The translations under genes were made by a program, and so were the position numbers. Source: Octopus sinensis (taxonomy: Eukaryota). From it: a stretch of DNA of 64,000 nucleotides. Position 1 is the first letter of the stretch, and each line of letters starts with the position of its first letter. The stretch covers positions 85,126,001 through 85,190,000 of the forward strand of contig NC_043002.1 of the NCBI RefSeq assembly GCF_006345805.1, given 5' to 3'. Shown one piece after another: positions 52,631 to 64,000 of this stretch. Below the pieces are notes generated by a model. It had not been told where the DNA came from, searched no databases, and worked only from the letters and a program-made list of their open reading frames with translations.

Positions 52631-52748
52631 TTCTAACAGGAAATTTCTTACATGCTTATCTAACTTTTACAACTTTGTAATTCCTATTAGCAAATGAAAC
52701 ACGTAATCATGAATAATTAATACCCAAAAAGTTTTTCAACTTCCTGTT

Positions 52749-52780
<32 letters not shown>

Positions 52781-54796
52781 GGATGACCACTATGTGGACA
52801 ACCCTTATGCAAGAAGAATTTAGCAAACACCAGAAACGTAATCGAGCAAGACAAAAGAAAAGCAATAAAAATATGGATTTATCACATACATGTTTCACTA
52901 TTAACGTATTACGTAATTTTACTTACGTAAATGTCCGTAGATCCTCGGTGTGACCGTCCCAAAAAATATAATTTGTAGAACTATATACTAGGACGTCCGA
53001 ACAAAGTCGGATCTGTATATAGTTCTACCTATTACACTCGTGGTTACTATTCAAAAGTCTTCGTTTTGGCGCGCTAAATTACCGGAAATCTCACCCTCAT
53101 TTAAAATTTATATATATATATATGAGTATGTTCGTATGATCACAACTGTTCAATGAATAGTAATATGAAACTATGAGTAACAGTTTGTGAAGTATTTTTC
53201 GGCTTTAACAAAAGCATGCTACTCTACCTTCAGTATTCGAGTACTGTTTTTCTCTATCTTATTTTGCATTTATGTGCTTCCTCCTGTGTTTGTGTGTGTG
53301 CGCGCGCGGGTATATAATGTTTTAAATACATCTAGATCCACGTAACTCTGATAGACGATGACGCCAACTTAAATTTCTTATATAACTAGCTTAAAAGCCG
53401 CATTCCGTGCGGACTTGAAGCTACCTCCTTCCTAGGGCTAATTGGACCTGCGGCCCAAAACTAAAAGCGAGCAAAATAGTATGACTATAATACGTTTATG
53501 ACTATATGCCCCGGTGGTGTTTGATGAGAGGTTAAGGACGGGTGAGAATTCTTTAATGCAACCATTCAATTGTTCCAGTCCCAATTTGAATTCCAACTGT
53601 TGGCCAATTTGTTCTAAAGTTCTTATCACGACATAAAATTAACGAAGTCAGTGTGATTTATCTCTCTCTTGATCTCTGGTGTCATCTGACAAACGCCATC
53701 AAAGATGGCGTGAACCATCTAATCTTTACCTACTAAAAATAGCAACCCAAATGCTTTTAAATCAGATTCCAACGCTGGATGTTGAAGAACGAAATGAATG
53801 GCAGATTTTCAATCCTGGGATCATTTTGATTCCAAAAAGGTATAATATGTCTATGTAGACTGAGATATAGGGGTCCTAGATGGACAGATTTTGAGTTTAT
53901 TATTATAGAAGAACTTTCTTTTCTAGAAAAAAGTCTACCTTCAATGAACGAGAGTTACCCCCAAATTTCTAAGGATAATTTAGTTGATTATATCAACTCA
54001 ATACTTGACTAGTTTTACATTGTATCGACCCTGGAGGAATGAAAGTTAAAGCAGACCTTGGTGAGAATTGAATTAAGAACATAAAGAGTCGGAGCATACA
54101 CCAATCTCAGCGGTATGTGAACGCAGAAAAGTAAAAATAAAAAATAAAAATTAGCGTGATCTGCCATTATTAAAGTAAAGGGAGGCGTCTCTACGTAATC
54201 GTTCGATTCACTAGAAAAAGCAGCCCCCTCCCACTCACCAAAAATAACTCGGTAAAATAAAATCCAAAATGATAGGTTAATCGATGTAGTTTGCAGTACA
54301 CAAAATACGACGAACAGGGTAGCTCGTTCAGCGGTAACCTGAAACTAAACACGGAACTAGAAAACTTTTCCCAATATATATTTTCGAATCCAATAACCAA
54401 TTTCTTGATGCAATTTGTGATTTCTTTATATTTATTTAATCCAACGCTATAAAGAAAACACGTGCTTCATGTGCCGTGTAAATTGAGATCGAACGTAAAA
54501 CCATGTGGTTGCTAAGTGAAATTCTTCACCAAACCTTCATGCCTGCGCGCGCATAAATTTTCATATAAATATTTCTGCGCAGCTCAATAAAGCAATTTAT
54601 AGTTGAAGTGGATTTTCATTAAAAAAAAAACAATTGTAAGAAACTATTAAGCAGTTTGTCTGTAGAATATGTTTCAGGGAATTTTTCTATCACACTAAAT
54701 ATTAAATTTATTTGTGTAATATATTTTCATAAAAATATTTATACGAAACTAATAACCAATGTATAAACAATAAACTTCCGTTTGTAAGTAGAAAAA

Positions 54797-54924
54797 TTGA
54801 CCAATCGGCAAAGAAAACGTCAGCATGCTCTTCTCGCTATATATATAGCCTGGGTGATAAAAGGCCGTTTGCTTTGTATGTTGTCATTTTCTCGTCTGAC
54901 TGGTGTTTGTTGCTCACCGTAAGT
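54797..54924 (+). promoter_or_regulatory. Candidate promoter and non-coding first exon of the zinc-finger gene
   Basis: GACCAATCGG (CCAAT 54801-54805), ACGTCA CRE half-site, TATATATAG about 54838-54848, then a GTAAGT donor at 54919-54924. Linkage to acceptor 62437 is inferred. Confidence 0.5.
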
Positions 54925-55350
54925 ATGTTTATCTGTTTTACGTTATCTTGATTAAAGCCTTATTGCCCATACTTATTTACATATGTTTAGGCAATCCTTA
55001 TTTGATACGATATCTAATAAACTTTATACATATTTAAATCAGTTCAGATAGTTATCTTTTTTTAAAAAAAAATAAAGAGGGGTTATTTTTATTCGTTCTG
55101 TGAGAACGTGCACCGTTTCTGACAATTTGTGCTTTGGTTCGAATATGCTTTCTCGTAACAGTTCCCACCCTTTGTACGAGATTTCATTGTTAATAGCGTC
55201 AGTTTCATACATTCACACGCACACACATATAAACTAACGTGTATCAACTATATCTAAACATCTGCATTAACTGGCGTTAGTTTGTCTCGCGGTACCATGG
55301 ATCTTCTCTTGGAAAGTCTTATTTCGAGAACTCCGTCTCTCCCCAATATA

Positions 55351-55570
55351 CCTATCTATCCATCTATCTAACTATCCATCTATCTAGCTAACTATCTATC
55401 TATCTAGATAACTATCCATCTATCTATCTAACTATACATCTATCTATCTAACTACCCATCTATCTATCTAACTATCCATCTATCTATCTAACTATCCATC
55501 TATCTATTTATCTATCCATCCATTCATCTACCTACCTATCTATCTATCTATCTGTCTGTCTGTCTGTCTA
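55351..55570. repeat. 20-bp-unit minisatellite (ATCTATCTATCTAACTATCC)n grading into (TATC)n/(TGTC)n
   Basis: Directly visible tandem units. Confidence 0.9.
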
Positions 55571-58500
55571 TCAAAGCTTTAAGTGACATGTGGTTTCTTG
55601 TTTAGCTCTGATTAAGCAAATGTATCCACAACCAAAGACAGTCCAATTGTGTCCATCCCTACTTTTTGTTGTCCCTAGGACTACTTTATTCAGTGTTTCC
55701 TACGCTGTATGATTTGCATGTTGTAGTAGGTTTAACGACCACATAGAGCCCTCCCTCTTCCTACTGGGTAGGCAAGCCTGTGTCAGTAATAATAATAAAA
55801 GCTGTCTCACTAAAATACTAAAGGTTTTGACTGCTGAATATTGAATTGGAAATTTACGTATTGCCGATATGAATTACTATTTCAACAGTTGTTAATTTAG
55901 TGAATATTTTAACCGATCGAGTGCGTTAAATGTCTCTTGGTGCATTTAGGATTATAGCCGAAAGTTCAAATACATTGTGAATAGATCATATAAGACATAA
56001 TGAAAATTAATAGAATTCTACAGTAATAAGCTGTGATGAAGCACTACCACTAACAAAGTTTATAGATCTGCGAAAACGATCGCAATGTAGACATTCTATT
56101 TTCCCAGAACAACTGAACGTACATTGTTGTTACGGTTGGTTTATTTTCTCAGTCTCTCACTCACGCTTCAAAAGTTGTTTGGCCCTAGGTCAGCCCTCAG
56201 TGATCAGCTCTATCTATGACCAAGGGCGTTTCAGCCGTGATCACATCGCAACTACATTATGCACAGTGTAATTTCTTTTTGTTTATCCTTGGCTACATTA
56301 TCTCATCGTTTTAGTTTTTTTGTTTTTTTTAAGGCGGTAGTGTGTGATTTGAGTTGGAATATGACTGCTAGTTGTAGACAACTGAGCGACATCGTAAACG
56401 ATTCGTCGTTGTATTCGTGCGTATTTATAAATGAACGCGCGCAAAATAAATGAAATCATTTGTGGTGGGACTGCGGTGGGGATTAGGTTAGACGAGATTT
56501 AACGTTCTACGACACCACAGAATATATGAAAATATTGGTAAATTGTTACAAGTTGTTTTTTTTTTGTGGTTTCATCATACGTTGTTGATCTACATGACTG
56601 TTTACTTCCAAGGCAACCAGACCAACTGACGATGGTGCTGTGTAAATCGTTCCCTACTAGTTGTTTTTTTTTCCTCTTTTTTTCTTTAATTCTAAATTTG
56701 TCGTTTCCCACGAGGGAACTAATTTTTATCAAATCTTCTGTTTTGTTTATTTTCTTCTAATATTTATTCTAAACAGCTGTTGATTTTTCTGTAAGTTACA
56801 AATATGTCCCACTAATAACCTAAAACTATTCAAATGTTTCTCTGGAAAAGCGTGAGTTGAGATGAGTAACTATTGGTGGTTTCGTGTCCATCCAGCACAG
56901 GCTAAAAGTAGTACCCCAAGTATTTTTTTGCTTCATGCTATCGAATAACACTCCGCATTTTTAAGCATGTAAAAGAATTTAGCTATCAAGTTCGAGAATT
57001 ATTTTTTTTTCTTTTACATATTTATGTGGTTCGCTCAGCTAAGTATCCCTTAACTGACTGAAACCCTCAATGTTTGGACAACTTATCTTTATGTTTACTT
57101 TTGTCCACTTAGCTTCATGTTCTAAGTCTGTCCAAGCAGAACTGGGCTTCTAACAGCAATTATTAACAATATTTATGCTGGATAAACAAATTACAAATAC
57201 ACATCAGTTTCCATGTAATAATAGAAATGATTCTTATTGTTATATTTTTTTGCATTTTTTCATCATTGTCTTGAAACTTTTCCCTACACTTTGTACAGTT
57301 TAGTAGAAAATAGTTTACTGTTTCTATTAGCAGACACGCGCCAGGTTCTGGTCCACAGACGCGCTGTGTTCTCTCATTATCTTAATGCAGTGGTTCTCAA
57401 ATTTTTCACTGCCAAGGATCTTTTTTTTTTATTTAAATGAGTTTTCCTACGGACCCCTTTTAATATGCTTATCGTTATGTATGTATATATATATATATGA
57501 AATTTTGAATTTATTTCACTTACCCCAAGCACTACTTTTGCGGACCGCAGGTTGGGAACCACTGTTTTTAAATGATTTCTGTTTCCTGGAACTGGCTAAC
57601 ATGCTGACCCAACTCAAGCATTCCCGACTCACTGATCTCTCCTCTCATCGCACTTGTGTTCCCGCCACCAGATCACTACGACTAGTCCTTCCTAATCAAA
57701 GCATTGAACCACTGATGTTCTCTATATTCTCTCTGCAGCTGAGAAACATTGATGACAACAATTTCACTGGTTTAGGAGAACCTGTGAAGGTCTCTTCCCC
57801 AGACCCAGCAAGTGTGTACACACACACACACATACACAATTAAATATGGCAATTTAATTTCAGGAAAGCAATGCACAGTTTTAACAAAATATTTCGAAAT
57901 TGTCACTTAATATAATTAAAGAAAGAAAAAAAAAATCATCTCGATTTTCAGATAGGGCACCATTTAAAAATTATTATTTAAAACTATTTTGTCTATTATA
58001 AAGAAAATTAAGTGATATGTGGGGCAAAAGTGGGGATATCCAATCATTCAATACATTCATTAATTTTAGACATTATTACCAGTTGGCTACAGTCAACATA
58101 TACTTGCTTTGTGACACATTTTTATATACATCAGAGCTGTGGGTTGAAAAACGAATCTGGGATTCGAAGAAACTGCAAGTAGTTTGCATTGGCGAAAATG
58201 AAACAAGAGGGAAGTTCTAGTTCATTTATTGTGAAAAGTAAAAGTGAGAAAATGTGATATTGGAGCCGGAGGAATTGATATGATCCAGAGTCTTTGTTTT
58301 TGAAAACTCTGAAACACATTTGATGAAAGCAAGCAGTAATTGTTGGTTTATGATTTACTATGCTTGTCATTAGCATCATTAGTGTCTTACAGTATTTGTT
58401 CTGGCTGTGTAAAAAGAAAAAGAAGAACCCACCAGGATGAAGCTATAAATAATAGTATACTCTTTACTCTTTTACTTGTTTCAGTCATTTGACTGCGGCC

Positions 58501-58989
58501 ATGCTGGAGCACCGCCTTTTAGTCGAGCAAATCGACCCCAGGACTTATTCTTTGTAAGCCTAGTACTTATTCTATCAGTCTCTTTTGCTGAACCGCTAAG
58601 TTATGGGGACGTAAACACACTACCATCGGTTGTCAAGCAATGGTGGGGGGGACAAACACTGACACACAAACATATACATATATACGACAGGCTTCTTCCA
58701 GTTTCCGTCTACCAAATCCACTCACAAGGCTTTGGTCGGCCCGAGGCTATAGTAGAAGACACTTTTAATTGAAGCTATCTTTCAACTTTTATTTCTTAAC
58801 TTCCCCTGATTATCATTTATCCCTGAGTTTACCTCACTCTTATACTGAGATTGCTGACCACCAGTCTGTGTTGAGCAGTATATTTTTTACCAAAGAAGGA
58901 TTAATATTCAGAGCCAGTTACCTATCTTGTTTTCTTGTAAGTATGGAGTGTTTCTGGTTTGCTTTTTCACTTGATTGTTAGGTGATAGG

Positions 58990-59310
58990 GTACACTGGTT
59001 GGTTTGCAGAAGGTTAGGTCACTTGCATCACAAAAACTCCTAGAGCCTTCACCCCCTTTTTTTTCCTGTACTCTATCCATAGTCATCATGTGTACCTTTG
59101 TAGCCATCATGTTGTCCAACATGTTCATTAAAGCCATAATAATGAGGTTACTGTCATTTATTAGGTGGTTTGCAAGAGGACCTCATAGAAATGGTCCATT
59201 TTTCACTTCTGACTGCAATTCATACACAGAAGTAACTGGCTGCTGTTACTTAATCCATTCCTCTGTCAACAATATGCCTACTTTACCCATTCCAACACTT
59301 CTAAGACTAA
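58990..59310 (-). mobile_element. Second RTE endonuclease fragment
   Basis: Decayed VGILLTEEW...NEHVG..GYKGTH segment resembling the EN of the adjacent LINE. Confidence 0.55.
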
Positions 59311-59324
59311 ATTCATGTACCATC

Positions 59325-61800
59325 ATCATCATCATTCATGGCCCATGTTTCACTGCTGTGTAGCATGGATGTTTGCACACATGCATCATACAGTCTAACT
59401 TTCACTCTGAGCAAGAGGCTCTTTGTTACCAGCAGAGGTAGGAGCTTTCTAAACTTTACCCAGGCTATTCTTATTCTAGCGGCTATGCTCTCTGAGCATC
59501 CACCTCCACTACAGACTTGGTCACCTAGGTAGCCGAAGCTATCAACTACTTCTAGTTTCTCCCCTTGACATGTGATGGAATCTGTTCTCTGTATGCTTTT
59601 GGTGTTTATTGCCCCTGTGCATCTGCCACACACAAAAACTATCTTCTCAGTTAACCCCCCTTTGATATTGCTGCACTTCTTATGTGTCGATAGCTTACAC
59701 TGGGTCCATCCTATGGAGTTTCTACCTATGCCTTTTCTACAGATTGAGCAGGGCCATCTACTTGATATGGTTTGTGATTTGACTGCTTTCTTACTTACTA
59801 GTACTTTGGTTTTTGTTAGATTGGCTCTAAGGCCTTTCAATTCTAGACCTTGCTTCCACACCAAAAACTTCATCTTTAGTTCAGCTATTAGGGCAAGGTC
59901 ATCAGCACAGAGGAACTCCCAGGCGCAGCCTTTCTTGAATTCCCCTGTTATTGCCTTGAGGACTATGATGAATAAGAGGGGACTGAGGACTGATCCTTTG
60001 TGAACCCCTACTTCTACCCAGAATTCCTCACTATACTTGTTGCCAACCCTTACCTTACTGATTGCATCTCTGTACAAGGCTTGTACAGCTCTTACCAACT
60101 ACTCATCTATACCTAGTTCCCACATTGACCACCAGATAAGGGTTCGGGGGACTCTGTCAAAGGCTTTTGGCTAGGTATTTCTCCTGCAGTTGCCTTACCA
60201 GAAATATAGCATCAGTGGTGCTTCTACCTTGCACAAAAGCAAACTGCATATCATCTAGGCTAACTCTCTCCCTAATTAGTAGGGCTATGACCCTCTTCGT
60301 GACTTTCATTACCTGATCCAGCAATTTGATACACTTGTAGTTATTTCTATCTAATGCATCACCTTTACCTTCATAGCAGTTGACTATAGTACTGCTACAC
60401 CAGTCACTGGGTATGACTCCTTCGTGAATTACCTGATTTACAGTATGGGTAACTAGGCCATAACCCACACCACCAGATATTTTAAGCATCTCTGCAGTAA
60501 TTCCTGTCTTCATATCCATAATTGCTTTATCTGCCAGGGTACTGCCACTGCAAGTAGCTGGTCCCTCAACTGGGTCAACATTTACAGGCTCTCCTCCTCC
60601 CATTCATTCTTCACATTCAGCAGACTTTCATAATGGTATCCCCAAGCATCTTTCTTTGCAGAATCATTAAACACAAGTGTACCATCATCCATGCAGACAC
60701 ATTTCTCTCGTATGACATCAAAATTTTCTTTCACACACTGTCTTGCAATCCAAAATACTTCAGTTCTTTGGTCCTCACATTGCTGAACATTGGCAAGCTT
60801 CTTCTTTTCTGCTTCTACCTTGGCTATATATACCTGTCTCCTAACTTCCTTTCTGGCTATCTGATACAGTTCCTTGCTACCCACATTCTTCCAGACTTTC
60901 CAGGCCTGTTTCTTTGCTGTAATGGCCCTGTCTACCATATTATTCAACCTCCACATTACCCTAGGTCTGGAAGGAACTTTGCACCAGGCACAGATTTGGT
61001 CCATGGCACACAGCAAGCTGTCATGCAGGGATTCTCAGTTGCCCCCTATGTCAAGTATGTAGCTTTTCTTCCCTCTCATCAAATTTCTCAAGAGGATGTC
61101 CCTAAATCTCTTACCATGTGAAAAGTTCTTAACCTTCCAAATCCTTCTTTTCCAGATTAGTCTGCTTCTTGGCATCTTTCTGGCCTTGAGTCTAAAGTCA
61201 TTAATAACTAGTCTATGCTGGGGTTACATTCTTCACCAGGGAGGGTCTTTGTATTTAAGAGCAACCATGCATCCCACTGTCTGAAGTTGGTGTTGCAGAT
61301 CAATAGGTTACTTGCATCACAGAACTTCGTTTTGAGAACCAATTTCATGAACACCATGGAAGACACCAGGTTGCCGTTCAACATGTCCATTAAAGTCTCC
61401 AGCCACAAAGATGAGATCATTGTCGCTCATCTTTGAGGTAGCTGGCAGAAGAATATCATAAAAGTGGTTCTTCTGTTCATTTGGTAGGCCCACTTGTAGA
61501 GTGTAGGCAGAGATTATTGTATCTATACTATTCTGCAAGACTAGCCTGAGCTTAAGTACTCTATCGCACACCCTACTACCTCTATGACCCTATCCACTCA
61601 TTTCTCTGCTAGGAGTATGCCCACTTCACCTACTCTGTTACTGTTACCTTCCCAGAAGATTTTATACCTATGTGTCTTGCCTGTGAGGACCCTAGCTGAA
61701 GCTCCTCTCCACCTTACCTCTTGTATGCAGCATACATCAACACATCTCCATTCAAGCATCTCTACAATCTCACTTGACCTACATTGACAGTGCCAACTCT
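59325..61800 (-). mobile_element. Degenerate RTE-clade LINE (APE endonuclease + RT), 3' end missing
   Basis: EN: DVCCIQEVRWRG, FVAGDFNGHV. RT: GRSTTDAIFLVRQLQEK, GVHKGSVLSPLLFIIV, CADDLALIAE, SSETWAM. Multiple frameshifts. Confidence 0.9.
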
Positions 61801-62625
61801 AAAAGCTGGGAAAGGGATGTGGGAGGAAACATGGGAAGGAGAGATATTATTCAGTACCTGAAAAGAAGGTTTCCGCGATCATTTGGTAGACATGTCACAC
61901 AGGCTGTTCTCGTTTTTAACTTATCACAATTTAAACATGTTAAAATTGTTAAAAAATTGTTGTCCCTATTGGGGGTAAGAGTAGGAAACATTGTAAATGA
62001 AAGTGTTATAGGCATTGTAAGTATAAGCGTTATGAGCATTGTAAACATAAGCTTTACTGGTGCTGCAGATATAAATTTAAAACATAAATATGAATGTAAA
62101 TATGCCAATGTTAGATTAAGTAAATGGGTGGGTTGCAATCTGGTTAGGTTAGTCCCTGGCAAGAGAGAGAGTGGGAAGTGGGGGCCACGGGTGAGATTGC
62201 AGGTATGAGAGAGGAGACTACCAGTACGGAAGGGGATTTCCGGTTAGATAAGCAAGATTTCCGATATTGGTGGTAGTGGTGTGTGTGGGGTGGGGCGTTA
62301 AACTATATTTTTAATATATATACACTTCATGAATATTGTTTGGCATAGTTTTCTATGACTGATAATTTAATTTTAAAAATTTCTGTCAAATTTGTTTGGC
62401 TTTAAAAGTTCATATTTTATATTTCTTCTCTTTCCAGGGACCACTATTTGGAAACCGATTTGTGTTTTTTTACAAAAAAGGCGTCAGTCGATTCATCACA
62501 TGTTAGAAATAGTCTAAGTGGACAAATGTTTTGATAAAGTTTCTAATGTGCTAGATATACAGAAACTTCTGATACGAAGGCAAAGAGTGGTGGGGAAAAG
62601 GGTAAAAGAAAATAAACAAACAAAA

Positions 62626-63360
62626 ATGAATCTGAATGAGAAAGATGAGTCAAAGGCAGCAGAAAGTGGTGAAAATAATTCCAAAACAAAACCACCGAGT
62701 TCAGTTGATTGGTCAAAGTATGGTGTACAGCGGTGTTCTGGTTGTAAATTCACTACAGATGACCATGGCTTATTCGATGCACACATCTCAATGTGTCGTT
62801 CTTTCAACAAGAAAAGGATCGCTACAACTAATCAGCCAGATAATGAAAAAAAGAAATACAAGAAACTCCTGCTTCAACTTGAAGAGCCATACCTGGAAGG
62901 TAAAACTCCTTCTACAACTACTTTCTTGTTACGGTGTTTCCATTGTCGTGGCTATTTTTCTAAAGTCACTTCTATTAAAAATCACCATTCTGTAAAACAT
63001 GCAAGTAAGAATTTAATGTTTAGTCTTGTTCCTTTTGAGGATATTGTAAACCCAGAAAAAGTGACATCAGTTCCTGTAACTGATTCCCATGTAGATCAAC
63101 AAAATATTAGCTCTTCAATGTCTACTCCACAGCCAAGTTCTCCTATACCTATCACTGCTACCAAAACTGCTTGCTCATCTCATGGAATCATTCAGCCATC
63201 TTCTGTAAAGTCATCTTCAATGGTGAAAATTATGTCTGCTGTGAAAACACCTTTGAATCAGATGCCTATTGCAAAGAAAGATAATCTTCAGGCATGTCAG
63301 CCAAGAAAGAGTTTTGAGGAAAAATTCTTCAGAGAACAGTGTGTGCCGCCAGTCAAGTGA
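62626..63360 (+). CDS. Zinc-finger protein (C2HC + C2H2), ORF up to the first stop (244 aa from ATG 62626)
   Basis: Acceptor TTTCCAG ends at 62437. First in-frame ATG is in a CAAAAATG context. Fingers CSGC-X12-HISMC (62734-62796) and CFHC-X12-HHSVKH (62935-63000), then an S/T/P-rich region. Family not recognised. Confidence 0.85.
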   Translation: MNLNEKDESKAAESGENNSKTKPPSSVDWSKYGVQRCSGCKFTTDDHGLFDAHISMCRSFNKKRIATTNQPDNEKKKYKKLLLQLEEPYLEGKTPSTTTFLLRCFHCRGYFSKVTSIKNHHSVKHASKNLMFSLVPFEDIVNPEKVTSVPVTDSHVDQQNISSSMSTPQPSSPIPITATKTACSSHGIIQPSSVKSSSMVKIMSAVKTPLNQMPIAKKDNLQACQPRKSFEEKFFREQCVPPVK

Positions 63361-64000
63361 CTAGACGGCCAACTGAAATTAGATGGATTACCAGGACAAA
63401 CTAATTCTCTAATTATCAGTGATGCCTCGACTGACACTCCATCTCAAGAGATGGCTAAGCATAACAAGGAAAAAACCTCTACTGGATCTTCAAAAAGTGA
63501 TTCACCTATAATTGTATCACCTGTAACAGCTGGACCTGTTAATCTTTCACAAAAGCAAATGTCTTACTCACCCAATCAGAAAAAACATGCAACTTTTCAG
63601 AAGAAATCTCCTGTTTTATTGCCAAATATATTACCAAAAAACTATTTAGGTACTATACAAACACCTTCAAACCAGAATTTTCAAATCGTTTGTGCTGCAC
63701 CTGAAGTACAGAGTTCTGTCAAAGTTTCTGAAGCTGTGCCACCTATTATTATTAATATTCCAAACACAACCAATTCTTTTGGTTACCAGCCACTTCTCAT
63801 TGGATCTTCAAACAAACAAATACCTGTAAGTTCAGTTCCAGTCACACCTGTGACTGAATCCTCAGCTACAAAAACATTTGCTTCTAATGTCCCAACAGCA
63901 ACTACCACTTCTCTTGCTCCATATGCACTTGCAACCAATGTTCAGGTTAATAACCAAAATCAAGACATTTTAGGATTTTTTGTTCGCCCTAATTTGGTAA
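63361..64000 (+). CDS. In-frame extension of the zinc-finger ORF beyond TGA (putative readthrough region, open to the window end)
   Basis: Hand-translated: 213 consecutive sense codons (LDGQLKLDGLPGQTNSLIISD...QDILGFFVRPNLV) in the same frame, with similar S/T/P/V/N-rich composition. Absent from the ORF track, probably because it runs off the window. Confidence 0.75.

Noticed and set aside
55351-55570. CRISPR-like array
   Set aside because: Tandem units without unique spacers, in a eukaryotic context.
56780-57370. Possible further mariner/pogo relic
   Set aside because: Too decayed to support a call by eye.
62518-62625. GTG start for the zinc-finger ORF
   Set aside because: Artefact of bacterial-style ORF calling; the first in-frame ATG with good context is 62626.
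63358-63360. Selenocysteine as the main explanation of the TGA
   Set aside because: Low-complexity, non-redox context and no SECIS visible in the window; kept only as an alternative.
63355-63364. An intron removing the TGA via the CTAG acceptor
   Set aside because: No pyrimidine tract before this AG and no convincing nearby donor; needs RNA-seq to exclude fully.

Overview
AT-rich, repeat-dense animal genomic DNA. The SINE, RTE-LINE and microsatellite content suggests an octopus (inferred from recalled repeat sequences, not verified). Two protein genes are supported. (1) SmD3/SNRPD3 on +: coding exons 3147-3468 and 17021-17076 across a 13.5-kb intron, 125 aa. (2) An unidentified C2H2/C2HC zinc-finger gene on +, with a candidate promoter and first exon near 54.8-54.9 kb and a large exon from 62438 to past the window end. 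The best observation is in this gene. Its ORF stops at TGA 63358-63360 in the readthrough context TGA-CTAG, a 12-bp stem-loop follows, and the same frame stays open for 213 more codons to the window end. This points to programmed stop-codon readthrough or recoding. The rest is mostly transposons: a young Neptune-type Penelope-like element (RT + GIY-YIG) with a minimal hammerhead ribozyme, a decayed Gypsy element, several solo LTRs, RTE LINEs, an R4/Dong-like LINE inside (AAT)n, mariner relics, Merlin-, hAT- and piggyBac-like MITEs, and dozens of SINEs. A speculative spliced antisense transcript may overlap the 3' part of SmD3. No CRISPR array, rRNA or true tRNA gene was seen.
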